The notes under the pieces were generated by a model, which worked only from the letters and a program-made list of their open reading frames with translations, did not search any database and was not told the DNA's origin. From positions 38,812,001 through 38,876,000 of the forward strand of contig NC_087449.1 of NCBI RefSeq assembly GCF_036321535.1: a stretch of 64,000 bases of DNA, in the 5' to 3' direction. Made by a program: the position numbers and the translations under genes. This stretch comes from Camelus dromedarius. Its lineage: Eukaryota. Below are positions 11,147 to 27,857 of this stretch, in pieces (position 1 is the first letter of the stretch; every line of letters begins with the position of its first letter).

Positions 11147-11806
11147 ATGGCTGGCAGGCCTGTGCCTCCCGGAAGCCAGGAGGAAGAGACTGCCAAAGAC
11201 CCTGGGCTGAAACTAGCACCGGCGCGGCCTCTAGGCCGCCTGCCCAGCATTGATGAGACCCGACCAGCCGGCCCCGGCCCAGCCTCCCGCCGTGGCTCTG
11301 TGCTAGGTCCAGCCTCGTCCTTTTCACGCCGCAACTCGCTGGCCGGACCAGGCGTGGGTCCTGGGGGTCGGCGCCCATCCCGGGGCCCAACGCCTCTTCT
11401 AGGCTCACGAGTCAGCTTCTCGGGCTTGCCCCTGGTGCCTGCCCGCCGGGCAGTGCCCTCGTACCTCACGGAGCCTGCGCCGGGGGAGCACTGGCAGGCC
11501 GCGCGCACTCAGCGGGCCCTGGAGGCGGCGCTGGCAGAGGGGCTGCGCGATGCGTGCTACGTGGGCGCCGAGGCGGGGCGGCTGGCGCGGGAGCTGTGTG
11601 AGCTAGTGCGCGTGCGCATGCGCGAGCTGAGCCCGCCACGCTACAAGTTGGTGTGCAGCGTGGTGGTGGGGCCGCGCGCTGGCCAGGGCGTGCGTGTGGT
11701 CAGCCGCGCGCTTTGGGACGCGGAGCACGATGGACTGGCCTCGGCAGTCGTCACCAACGCCTCGCTCTTTGCCGTGGCCACGGTCCACGGGCTCTACTGT
11801 GAGTGA
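11147..11806 (+). CDS. DYNLT4: Dynein light chain Tctex-type 4 (TCTEX1D4), 219 aa, single coding exon
   Basis: ORF MAGRPVPPGSQEEE...FAVATVHGLYCE* with a C-terminal Tctex-1 domain (PRYKLVCSVVVG...LWD...DGLAS) and PP1-binding RVSF motif. Acceptor cgcag just upstream of the ATG implies a non-coding first exon. Confidence 0.95.
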   Translation: MAGRPVPPGSQEEETAKDPGLKLAPARPLGRLPSIDETRPAGPGPASRRGSVLGPASSFSRRNSLAGPGVGPGGRRPSRGPTPLLGSRVSFSGLPLVPARRAVPSYLTEPAPGEHWQAARTQRALEAALAEGLRDACYVGAEAGRLARELCELVRVRMRELSPPRYKLVCSVVVGPRAGQGVRVVSRALWDAEHDGLASAVVTNASLFAVATVHGLYCE

Positions 11807-11833
11807 AGAGGCCTCCAAATTCTACAAAAATGG

Positions 11834-11839
11834 TTTATT
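11834..11839 (-). terminator. PLK3 poly(A) signal
   Basis: The minus strand reads ATAATAAACCATTTTTGTAGA, about 305 nt after the stop codon. Confidence 0.75.
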
Positions 11840-11875
11840 ATCCCCGGAGGAGACCCTCCCTGGGGCTCACATCCC

Positions 11876-11903
11876 AATAAATAAAAGTATGTCAATAAAT
11901 AAA
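11876..11903 (+). terminator. DYNLT4 poly(A) signals
   Basis: AATAAA at 11876-11881, 11880-11885, 11894-11899 and 11898-11903. Confidence 0.75.
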
Positions 11904-11919
11904 AGTGGTCCATAAATAA
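11876..11919 (-). promoter_or_regulatory. PLK3 3'UTR AU-rich elements
   Basis: Minus strand TTATTTATT at 11894-11902 and 11876-11884, plus TTATTTAT at 11912-11919. PLK3 is a known ZFP36/TTP target. Confidence 0.75.
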
Positions 11920-12144
11920 CACCCCCTAGCTGGGGGCTAAGGCTCAGGCTTTTCTTGGAGAAGGGGTAGGAGGCAGCCTCCAACCCCAGTAAAGCTGGTC
12001 CCTGATTCCCAGGAGGATTCGGCCCAGAGCCCCCAGTGAGGCACCAAAGGAACAGGGAGGGCCACAAAGGCAAGGACCAAAGCCTTATAGGCATGGGCCT
12101 CAGGCCCGAGTGGTTGAGTGGTGGCCAGCCCTGCAGGCTGGGGC

Positions 12145-16668
<4,524 letters not shown>

Positions 16669-16782
16669 GCGGGCAGTGCGTCGCAGCGCGGGCGCTGCTT
16701 GTTCTTGGTTCCGCCCGGCCCCGGCCGCGCGTGGCACTGCCTGGATTTGCTACGCGGCACTCGCGCCCGAGGGAGCCCGGCG

Positions 16783-17106
16783 TTTTTATCAATGAACGCC
16801 TGTCCCCTCCCCAGCGTCTCGTCATTAAGAGCCCGCCCCCTCCTTAGGGGCGAGACACCGAAAAGCCACGCCCCTCATCAGGACTTACGTAAACAAGAAG
16901 CTCCTCCTCCCACTCACGCACCCCGAGGCCCAGCCTTACTGCTAGTCATCTTGCGGATGCCACCGGGATGTAGGGGCCAGCCTTGTTCCCGCCCCCCTAC
17001 TCCGCCCTGGTGACTGAGAATCCCGCTAATGAGGGTCCCTTTTTTCCCCATCCTTGTGGGCTTATGCTGAAGTTCGAGGGTCCTGGACATCTGGGGAGTC
17101 TTCCCC
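16783..17106 (-). promoter_or_regulatory. PLK3 promoter (CpG island)
   Basis: TATA-like GATAAAA on minus near 16784-16790; GC box near 16832-16840; TTACGTAA 16885-16892 overlapping GTAAACA; kB-like GGGGAGTCTTCCCC 17093-17106. Confidence 0.55.
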
Positions 17107-18454
17107 ACAACTAGATGGACCAGCGTTCTAGCTGGAAAGGAAGGGGCAGGGGCGGCGCTCGCTTTTGCCTGGGCACATCACTACCAAACCCCTTTAAGTG
17201 CGCGGGACTTAGCGCTCATCCCACGCCTGAGGGCTCTGGCCAGTGCTGCCCCCTTTAGGGCCTGGGAGGAATTGCACACTCTTGAGCCGGACTTGGGGAA
17301 CGAGGAAGACCAGGGCTCTCATGCTGAGTTTCGGGGCGTTAGAGGCATTTGCCATGAGCCAGGTCACATCTTCCGCTACCCACTTCCACAACTTTCAGGG
17401 GTAGATCTCAGGTTCTGGCGGAGTGCCTATTCCCTTTTCCTGAAAATATCCATTGCCCTGAGTCTGCAGCCAGAGGCCAGAAAGTGAAGAATTAGAATTC
17501 TATTTTCTCAAACCTAGCAATGGACAATTGAAGAGGTGGTCCCTGGGCCATCTGAACCCCTAGACCTCTGGTCCATGCCTACCCTTCCCAGGGCCAGAGA
17601 CAGAGAGAGGTGGGGTTTTAACCCCTCTGGATCCCAGGGTCACAGGCTTCCTCCTGGTCTTGGCCTTCTCACCTCTTTGTGCTCACTCTGTACCATCTAG
17701 TCAAATTATTAAGCTCTTCAGTCCTCAAAGATTTGAGAGCACTTGGTAAACGCCAAGCACTGTCTGTGTAAGACTGGTCAAATTGCAGCCTTTATTTAGT
17801 TTACATTCTGCTTGATGGAAACAAGGCAATAGGCAAGGATATAAACAAGGTAATTGAAGGCTGTGAAAAGGGCTAGAAGGAAGTAAATAGAAAAGTAACC
17901 AAAGAGCTTACTTTAAAAAGAGTAGCCAGGAAAGTCAACAAATAATACAATTTATTGAGTACCCAATTCCTGTCAGTTTTATGTCCTAAACATCTCTGAG
18001 ATCTATCCACTTCGCTCCATCTTCCCTGAGCACTCTAATCTAGGTCACAATCTGTCAGGTTGGGATTATTGCTACAGCACCTTCCTGGTCTCCTTGCCCT
18101 TAGTCTCAACTTCATTTCATTCTTGTGCCATATGACCATCCCACCCCATGCCTCATCAGGCCCAGTCTCCAACTTTGCCCTCCAAGGGAGAACAAAACCC
18201 GCCTGAGATGTGGAGAAATACTAGTAGCTCTGATGAGCAAGGGGAGGTGGGGGATGGGCAGGAAGGCCTTACATGCCATACTTAGGACTTTGGTCTTTAT
18301 CCTGCAGGTCAACAGTTTTCCAGAGGGAACATGGTAGAGGTAAGGCCAGAAAAAACATATCCACAGGGGAAATGGGACTGAGGCGTGTATAGTTTGATAA
18401 GGCATGTTTGATACTGTCATTTTATATTTGTAAAATAAAGCAAAATGTCTTTAT

Positions 18455-18790
18455 ATGAGTTTGCTAGGGTTGTCATAACACAATACTACAGATTAGGTGG
18501 CTTAAACATCAGAAATTAATTTTCTCACAATTTTGGAAGCTGGAAAGTCAAGATCAAGGTATTGACAAGGTTGCTTTCTTCCAAGGCCTCTCTCGTAGTT
18601 TGTAGATGGAGGTCTTTTCCCTCTGAGTTCACATGATCTTTTCCCCAGTGTGTCCTAATCACTTCTTCCCTTAAAGACATTAGTCAGATCAGATTAGGGC
18701 CTACCTCAGGCCCTCATCTTAATTACCTCTTTAAAGGTTCTATCTCCAAATATAGTCACATTCTAAGGTACTGGGGGTTAGGACTTTGTA
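18455..18790 (+). mobile_element. MaLR LTR (MLT1-like)
   Basis: TGAGTTTGCTAGGGTTGTCATAACACAATACTACAGATTAGGTGGCTTAAA...TCTCACAATTTTGGAAGCTGGAAAGTCAAGATCAAGG is typical MLT1 sequence. Confidence 0.65.
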
Positions 18791-19344
18791 GAGGAGTCAA
18801 AACTCCACTCATTTTAGGCGTTCATACAGGACTCTTTTTTTTTTCTCCAGCTTTGTGTTTTTTATCAGTAGGCTTTATTTTTTAGAACAGTTTTAGATGT
18901 TTTAGACAAATTGAACAGATAATACAGAGTTCCCATATACTCTCCCCCACCACTACACACACACATAGACACAGTTTCCCCTATTATTATCATCTTATGT
19001 TAGTACCTTACATTTCTTACAAGTAACTTTCAGTGGTTTCCCATTGCTCTGAGAATGAAATCCAGAATCCTTGTGATGGTCTACAAAGTTCTGCATGATC
19101 AGGCCCTACCTACCACTCCAAGCAATTTCCTCTTGCACACTTTGCTCCAGCCAGAGAGGCCTCCTCTCTTCCTCACACAGAACAGAACTGTTCCTGCCTC
19201 TGGGCCTTTGCACATTTATTCCCTCTGCCTGGAATACTTTCCCCCACGTCTTTACTTATTACTCGTTCATTCTCATCTTTTCTGGCTTAACTCACATGTC
19301 ACCTCCTCAGAGAGGTCTCCCCAACCACACTATCTAAAATTGGA

Positions 19345-19866
19345 TTCCCTCGTCAAATTAACCCATACAGGACTTTTCGACAAAGAGATTAACAATAACA
19401 ACAAATACAGAAAATAAAGAAGTTTATCAACATATATAGCTTATGTGTACATGGGAGATACTGAGGAAAAATGAGTAACTCTCCCATGTGGCTTAGAATT
19501 GAGGCTTAAATCCAACCTGAATAGAGAAAGTGGGAGGGGAATGTAGGCCTCTTAAGGGAGAGTAAATAATTTCTGGAAAAGATGAATTGTCCCTTAGAAG
19601 AATGGATGGGAGGTATAATGGTTTATGACAAAGTTTGTCTGGATGTCATACACAATTCTAGTTTCCTTGCCTGTGATATGAGATGAAATTCCCAGGAAGG
19701 GGCTTTATGACCGTTGAGTTCCTTTTGGAGGATCTGTCTTTAGGCAGACAAGGGGAGTTCAAAGAAAGCCTCTCCCTGCATTTGCTGTTTTTCAAGTGCC
19801 TACAGCTGAAAATAATCAATATGCCAAAGTGGCATATTTTAGGATGTTATGTTCTGTTACCCTTCA
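19345..19866 (-). mobile_element. ERV1-class solo LTR, MER34-like
   Basis: Minus strand begins TGAAGGGTAACAGAACATAACATCCTAAAATATGCCACTTTGGCATATTGATTATTTTCAGCTG; left boundary approximate. Confidence 0.65.
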
Positions 19867-20050
19867 CTGTCTTCTCCCCTTGGGAGGTTAACAAAGTTCT
19901 TGAGCCTTCTCTGGGAGCCGGGACATCAGGAGTAGGTCCTCCTGGATGCTGTAACTGAAGGGCCTGGCAGCCTGTTCTGCCTTCTCCCTCAGTGTAACAT
20001 ATGCTGCCATTAATGGGTCTTATGCACCTGCCACACACGAGCCATTTATC

Positions 20051-20211
20051 TTTTTTTTTTTTTACAATTTATTTTATTTTATTCATTTATTTATGGGGAG
20101 ATAATTAGGTTTGTTTGTTTGTTTGTTTGTTTATTAATGGAGGTACTGGGGATTGAACCCAGGACCTCACACGTGTTGAGCACACACTACCACTGAGCTA
20201 TACCCTCCCCC
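20051..20211 (-). mobile_element. tRNA-Ala-derived SINE (vic-1-like)
   Basis: Minus strand GGGGGAGGGTATAGCTCAGTGGTAGTGTGTGCTCAACACGTGTGAGGTCCTGGGTTCAATCCCCAGTACCTCCA, then AAAC repeats, CCTAATTA and poly(A). Confidence 0.85.
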
Positions 20212-21984
20212 ACTGGTCATTTATCTTATGGACTGCTTACAGTAACCTTATGATGTGGATGTGATTATCCCATTTCACAGATGGGGAAACGGAGGCTCTT
20301 GGAGCTAAGCCTCTTGCCCAAAGTCATATGGCTACCAAGGGGCAGAGCCAAGATCTGAACCCAAGATGTCTGACTCTGCTATTAATTACTGCCTGACTTT
20401 TCTGGGGGTCGCTAGTTCTCTGTCCATGCATTTGTCCTCCTACACTGCTCTGTGTCTTCCTGTCTCTCTCACTAGTGCCCTTTCTTCTCCCTCCAGGACT
20501 CTCACAGCCTCTGCTCTAGCTGAGGTTTTTCTGAGCTCTCTGGGTCTCTATCCAGGATGCCAACAGGCCCCTGCTACAAGTTGAGCACATATCCCACACT
20601 CCTTGTCCCCTTGGCAGCTCAGAATCAGAATCTCTAGACAATGTCAGGTCACAGGCATCAGGGGAGTCTTTCAAGAATGAGAGATGCCAAATAAGGTTAG
20701 GACTCAGGAGGGCCCTATTGGATTCAGCAGTAAGGAGATCTCAGGTGTCCTTGGTGGGGACAGAGGAGGAAGTACAAGAGCTGAACCAGAGAGAATAGCG
20801 ATGCTAATAACTACAGTAGCATTTCATGCTTACAGAGCACTTTATAAATATTAATTCACTTAATATTCACCACTAACTCTGTGAGATAGGTATTATCATT
20901 CTGTTTCCCCATGGGGAAATTAAGGACAGAGTGGTTAAACAGTTTGTTCAAGGTCATGAAGGTAGTTTACAGTGGTGTCTGGATTTTAAAATCTAGGCAG
21001 TCTGGCTCCAGACTCCATGCTATAAACAGCCAAGCCATATATCCAGCTCTCAGCTGTGAGAAGGGGAGAGGGCATTGGTGGTTAGGATCAGAACAGAGAG
21101 AGAGGCAAGAGCTAGAGGAGGATAAAGAAGGGTGGGGAAAATGATTTACAGGTGGAGTGGTTCCCTCTCCTGGACCATAAACCAAAGGGACTTGTCAGCA
21201 TCTGGGAAGGGAGATAAAATGACTCAGGAAGGAGGGGCTGGGTGGGGCCTGGGGACTGCTCCCTCCTGGTGCAAGGCTTCAGGTCCTGTACCTTTACCCA
21301 TGGCTCTGTGGGAAACTCACAGCCCAGGGATCCAGAGAGTTGGTAACAGGCAGATGTGAGAGGACCATAGATGGGGATGGGGGCTGAGGACTGAAGTGTG
21401 GCCAGCTGGGAGCTCAGGGAGCAGCGTCAGAGAGAAGCTCCCAGGACCTCGGGGCCTGAGCTCCTCCAGAACCAGGGTCTGGCTTTCCAGGTACAAGAAA
21501 CTCTTTAAGTTGTAAGCAGCCCAGAATGCTCTAGGTAAGCCACAGATCAGAGCCTGGGAAGAGGTTGCATGGCCATATGGGCTGAGGCACAGAGCTGGTA
21601 TCTTGCCCTCCCCAGGTCAGGTCCTGGGTCTTCCTGACCTCAGGACACACCCTCAGAGTCCTGTTCTTTCCTCATATTGACATCTCACCTGGGCCCTGGA
21701 AAGAGAACATAATTTGTCAGACATGAGTTGGTTTCGAGATCTTGCTCATCTGGGGAGTTTCTTACAAAAAGTGGGGAGGGGGACCTGGTGTCTTTCAGGT
21801 TAAAAGAGACAAAAAATACAAATAAAGAAAAGAAAGAAAGAGAAAAGGAGAGAAAAGCCTGCCTGTTTCAAGTCCTCTCTAGCTTTATTGAAATGAATCA
21901 GATGCAGTCTGTTCCCAAGGGTCTCATGGGCTGCAGGGAGATCTCTTTGTAAACAGATCATAGGCCAGTATGATTAACTGCTGC

Positions 21985-22530
21985 GAGCACCATTTACAAT
22001 AGCCAAGACATGGAAACAACCCAAATGTCCAGCAACAGATGACTGGATAAAGAAGTTGTGGGGTGTGTGTGTATATGTGTGTATATGTATGTATATATGT
22101 ATATATAATGGAATATTACTCAGCCACGAGAAAGAACAAAATAGTGCCATTTGCAGCAACATGGATGGACCTGGAGATCATCATTCTAACTGATATAAGC
22201 CAGAAAGACAAAGAAAAATGTCATATGATAATGCTTATATGTGGAATCTAAAAAAAGGACACAAATGAACTTATCTACAAAACAGAAACAGACTCACAGA
22301 CATAGAGAATAAACTTATGGTTACCAGCGGGTAGAGGGGGTAGGAAGGGACAAATTGGGAATTTGAAATTTATACCTCTTGGGGCTTGATGGAAATGGTA
22401 GCTATCTTGATTGTGGTAGTGGCTTCATTGGTGTATACATCTATCAAAATTCATCAAATTGTACATTTGAAATATGTGTAGTTTACTGTACAGGAACCAT
22501 ACCACAATAAAGGTGTTAAAAAAAACAACA
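21985..22530 (+). mobile_element. LINE-1 3' fragments
   Basis: CATTTACAATAGCCAAGACATGGAAACAACCCAAATGTCC...GCAGCAACATGGATGGACCTGGAGATCATCATTCTAAC, followed by an older L1 3' UTR piece ending AATAAAG. Confidence 0.8.
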
Positions 22531-23935
22531 ACTCCAAAACACTGCGAGAGAGGATGTTGAAGGAGCAATGAAAAGGAGCTAGGCCAGAGGCTGGTGATGG
22601 CTGGGGGACGTGGGGAGTCAGAGGGTCTTGGATCCAGCTTAAAAGCCAGGATTTGACACTATCTGGCTTGGAGACAAGCAGGCCAGGCCTCAAGGGAAAG
22701 GTCTCAGCCTCTTAATCTCTGAAGGATTGCCTGCTTCTGGGATGCAACAGTGGACAGTAGGTGGAAACCAAAAGGAGCAGACTTGGCTTTTCCTGGTAAC
22801 AGCAGCCCAGGCGAAATGCCTGGGTACTCCGGGCTCCAGGCATTTTCTCTGAATTCCCCCAACTGCCCTGTGAGGAAGGAGCTATTGATATTCTTTTGCA
22901 GAGGGGAAACTGAGGTTTGGAGAGATTAGGTAACTTAGACAAGGTTACAGAGAGCGAGAATTGAAACCCAGGATGTCTGACTCTCAACCTTGTGCTCCTA
23001 ACCACTGCTCCATGCTTTCTCACTTCAGGAAATACTCTTCCTGAGAACCAGCTCACAGTGTGGGGGAAGGAGCTTCCCAAGATGGGTCAGAGGGTGAAAC
23101 AGTGGTGCTCTGGCACAGTGCCTGTCACTTAGTCAGTACTCTGTGATCAGCAGCTGTTATAACACTTTATCATGCAACTGTATTTTCACCTGGATCATGG
23201 GACAGTAATCTCTGTCACCCTGGCTTCAAGGACATGGTGTGAGTGATGGGGTCAATGCAGATGGCATTTCTGCCACTCACAGGCCAGCCCAGCCCTACAG
23301 GCGAAGGGAGACACATCCAGTTCCCAGGACCAGGGGAAGCTGGGTGACAGCCTCAATCCATCAATGATAACCTCAGTCCAGCCAACCTTTATGGGCCCAG
23401 AAGGTACTTAAGTGTTGTGGGTGAAGTCTAGCCCAGTTCCCCTTCCTCAGCACAGGCTGCTGCCCAGAGCAGGTAGGCAGGTGGGGAGGGGAGAGAGTGC
23501 CCTGGGCCTCCGGAGACCAGCTATCAGCCTTGAGGGTCAAACCCCAAGGTAGGTGGGTCTGGGCTAGAGCTGGAGCTCCTGTCCTCAACAGTTCAGGACC
23601 CAGTGACTCCTAGCCCTGCTAGCGGAAGCCTCGGAAGCCTCCTGCATGAGAGGGTGTAGAACTCAGCTCCCCACCCCCTATCCTGACTTGACTCATGCAC
23701 CCCTGGGTTCTAGGGGGAGGGGATGTGCTTTGTCTGCTCGGCAGCTTCCTCCCCTTTGTCTGCGGACGCAGGGCAAAGGCTGGAGCGGGGGTATGTGTGT
23801 GACCAGAGCTGAAGGATCTAAGCTTGGGGATCTAAGGTTGGTGATGAGCAGGCCGGCTAAGGAGAAGCCTTGCTGGGGGAGAGGGACAGCTCTGGGGGCA
23901 GCTTTTGTGACCTTCTGCCCCAGGCCCCCAGCACC

Positions 23936-26900
23936 ATGACGGTTTCATACACCCTCAAAGTGGCGGAGGCCCGCTTTGGAGGCTTCTCGGGCCTGCTTCT
24001 CCGCTGGAGGGGAAGCATCTACAAGCTCCTCTACAAGGAGTTCCTCCTCTTCATCGCCTTGTATGCTCTGCTCAGCATCACCTACCGGTGCGAGGGGGAG
24101 GGCAGGGTCTCAGGGCTGGCCTTGGGGGACTAGGCTGCCCACCTCCCTCTAACCCAGGCCTCTACCTAACATTCCCCAGGTTGCTGCTGACCCAGGAGCA
24201 GAGGCATGTCTATGCTCAGGTAGCCCGATACTGCAACCGCTCTGCAGACCTCATCCCCTTGTCTTTTGTACTGGGTAAGGCTCCCTCTAGTTCTCCCTGG
24301 TACACTCCTTACCATCTCCCCTGACCTTTGGGTTGAGTTGATAGCTCGGAGGGTCAGAATCACCCCAGCGACACAGCCTGGAGGTCAGCCAGTGCAGGCT
24401 CAGCAGGCATGGGAGCTGTGTGGGGTCCAGGATTTCCACAGGGCTAGGCCTTGCCTATCACGTGCTGGACCCTCACTTTAAACAAGGCCCAAGCCACCTG
24501 CTAGCCCCTGGGTACTGGAGGGGAACTGGAGAGAGGTGACACCTCCCTCCCCACCCTCACGGGAAGCAGGGCTGAGTTTACCATTGCCTGACCTTGAACC
24601 ATCACTCCTCTACCTGAGGTTTGCACTCTTCCTTCCTCCCTGCCTGGTCTGGCACGTCAGGCTGAGACCAGAGGAAGTGGCTCTCCGCCTGACAGTGAGG
24701 CAGGATGCTGGAGCCAATATGTCCCTCCCCTTGCCTTGGTTTAACCTGGCCTGGACCAGGCACTCTGGCAGGAAGGGCTTTGGGGGAGAGGGCACACTGA
24801 CTCTGAGCCCTCCGTCTTCCCTCTCCTTCCCTCTACCCATGGCGGCGACCAGGTTTCTACGTGACCTTGGTGGTGAACCGCTGGTGGGCCCAGTACACAA
24901 GTATTCCGCTGCCGGACCAGCTGATGTGCGTCATTTCGGCCAGTGTGCACGGCGTGGACCAGCGCGGCCGCCTGCTGCGCCGCACCCTCATCCGCTACGC
25001 CAACCTGGCGTCGGTGCTGGTGCTGCGCTCGGTCAGCACCCGCGTGCTCAAGCGCTTCCCCACCATGGAGCACGTGGTGGATGCAGGTGCGCGGTCCACA
25101 GCAGGTGGCGCGCTGGGGGACCCCTGGGGCGGTGACCGGACCTGCCCCTCGGCCTCCTGGGAGGGGAGGTCTGACCACCAGGGGGAGCTCCAGGGCCCCA
25201 TGGCGGTGAGTCCTAGGGGCCGGGGATGCGTCTGCATCCTACCCACTTTATTCCCGCAGGTTTCATGTCGCAGGAAGAGAGGAAAAAGTTTGAGAGCCTG
25301 AAATCTGACTTCAACAAGTACTGGGTCCCCTGCGTCTGGTTCACCAACCTGGCAGCCCAGGCCCGGAGGGATGGGAGAATCCGTGATGACATTGCTCTCT
25401 GCCTGCTCCTGGAAGTGAGTCGGCCTGGGAGCAGGCCCATCTGCCCTCCTCTCCCTAGTTTTGCAAACTGGAATAATAATTGTAGTGCTTAACACTTACA
25501 TGGTGCCAATTATGTGCCGCACCGTTGAAAGTGTGAGGAAACTGAGGCACAGAGTGAAAAAGAAACTTGCCCAAGTCACACACGGCTTGTTAGTAGAGCT
25601 GGGATTCATTCTCAGACCTTCTGGCTCCAGGGTCTGTCCTTGCAGCTACTTTGCTAAACTGCTTTCCATCACAGGCATCCCAGCCTGACAATACCTCTGA
25701 AAGCAGAATGAATCTGCAGAACTGGCCCAGGCCTAGTGTGTGCTGGGCTCCCCTGTTCTCTCCGCAGCCTTCCTCGCTCACCTCCACTGACTTCCTCTTC
25801 CTGCTGTTCCACCAGGAGCTGAACAAGTACCGGGCCAAGTGCAGCATGCTGTTCCACTATGACTGGATCAGCATCCCCCTCGTCTACACCCAAGTAACTG
25901 CCTCTCACCTCCCCAGTCCCACTGTATGCTGTGTGCTGTATGTGACACTGAGAAGATTTAGAGATGGTACCTGCTCTGGGGCAGTTCGGTCCAATGAGAC
26001 ACTGAACAGCCAAGGGCTCATCCTGAAAGCCTCCCTAGACCCGCATTTAGATGACCCCATCTCTTCTGGTGCTGGACACCTTGCTACAATGTTTTAACTA
26101 CTTGTCAGATCTGCCACCAGCCCTCGGGGCAGGGACAGCTTTTCTCCCCGTCCCACTCAGCCCAGCTTCCCCTTCTCCAGGTGGTGACCATAGCAGTGTA
26201 TTCCTTCTTTGCCCTTTCCCTGGTTGGCCGCCAGTTTGTGGAGCCAGAGGCAGGGGCTGCCAAACCTCAGGAGCCTCTGGAGCCAGGGACCACCCTGGGG
26301 GACCTGGACATGTATGTGCCTCTCACCACTCTGCTGCAGTTCTTCTTCTACGCTGGCTGGCTCAAGGTGGGCATTTTGAGTGATGGAGATACGGGCCCAG
26401 GGCCCACCCAGACTCTGGGGATAGAAAATTGGACTCTGAGTCCAGAAAACTCTCCTACCACCTGCAGGTGGCGGAACAGATCATCAATCCCTTTGGTGAG
26501 GATGATGACGACTTTGAAACCAACCAGCTCATAGATCGTAACTTGCAGGTAAGCAGAGGTCTGGGGGCAGCTCCTCCGGCTCTCCCTTCCTGCCAGCTCT
26601 CAGCCCAGGTATGTATGCAGAGGAGAGGGGGATCCTTGTGAACTGCTGCCCGCCCCAGGTGTCCCTGCTGTCTGTGGACGACATGTACCAGAACCTACCT
26701 CCCGCAGAGAAGGACCTGTACTGGGATGAAGACTCGGCGCAGCCACCCTACACTGTGGCCACGGTGGGAGAGTCGATGCGGCCCTCCTTCCTGGGCTCCA
26801 CCTTCAACCTGCGGTGAGTGGCCTACTCAGGCCGAGTCAGGACTTAACCTGGCACCCGGGCCCCAGGTCCCTGCCCACCCTGTGGGGCACCGAGGACTCG

Positions 26901-27252
26901 GTCCCTCACGCCTGGATCTGGAGCGCCGGTCCACCGGCCGCTGGAGGCCCGCTCATGCCGCTCTCCGCCCGCCCACAGCATGAGCGATGACCCAGAGCAG
27001 AACCTGCAGGTGGAGGTGTCCCCGGGGCCCGCCCGGCCGGTGCCTGCCGCGCAGACCCCGCTGCTCGGCCGCTTCCTGGGAGTTGGAGCGCCCTCTCCTG
27101 CCATCAGCCTCCGGAACTTCGGCCGCATACGGGGACCCCCTCGGACCCCTCATCTGCTGCGCTTTCGGGCGGAGGAGGGCGGCGACCTGGAGGCCGCGGA
27201 CCGCATCGATGAGGAGGCATCGGGGTCAGGGGATGAAGCCCAGGAACCCTGA
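23936..27252 (+). CDS. BEST4: Bestrophin-4 (469 aa)
   Basis: Exons: 23936-24087, 24180-24274, 24853-25086, 25260-25414, 25816-25893, 26181-26366, 26468-26548, 26659-26813, 26979-27252. Total 1410 nt. [18 protein letters not shown]..., KRFPT motif, Ca2+ clasp [11 protein letters not shown]. Confidence 0.97.
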
Positions 27253-27537
27253 GCAGAGGGAACCGGGCCTGGCCATCCTGCTGCCTTCTCCAGGCCCGCC
27301 TGGCCACCCACTCCCGCCCCCGCCTTTTCCGGGCCCTCTGGAGCTGTTTAGAGCAGCACTTCCATGTGCTCTGAGCGGGAGCATTTAGGGACAGCCCCTG
27401 GGATGGCAGGAAGGGCCTGAGCCAGGGCTGGGAATGCGTCCACTTCGGCTTGGGGTAGATGAAGCTAGGATACAAGGGCGAGGCATAGAGGATTAGAGCC
27501 CAGGTGCACCGTTAATTTTCTCCACAATGGGGTCTAG

Positions 27538-27712
27538 GCCAGTTCTTAAACTTGAGAGAACATCAGTATCACTGAAGCACTGGTTGAAAAGTTTTGGGTA
27601 CCACTCCCAGTGTTTCTGATTCATTAGATCTGGGATGGAGGTCAAGAACGTGCATTTCTATTAAGTCCCCAGGCTATGCTGCTGCTGGTTCAGGGATCAC
27701 AATTTTTGAGTC
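27538..27712. mobile_element. MER5A-like hAT DNA transposon remnant
   Basis: CCAGTTCTTAAACTTGAG...TTTCTGATTCATTAGATCTGGGATGGAGGTCAAGAACGTGCATTTCTATTAAGTCCCCAGG...GCTGCTGGTTCAGGGATCACA. Confidence 0.6.
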
Positions 27713-27851
27713 ATACATAAAAAGATGTTTAGGGTAATTCTGATAACCTCACTCTGAAGAGGGGTCAAAGTGTGTGCTGGGGGACTTTTGCTTGATCTGT
27801 CATGTTCAATTTTTGTTTACAATGAGAACATATTCATTTACTACTTGTGCA

Positions 27852-27857
27852 ATTAAA
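27852..27857 (+). terminator. Probable BEST4 poly(A) signal
   Basis: ATTAAA about 600 nt after the stop codon; first canonical-type hexamer I found downstream. Confidence 0.45.
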
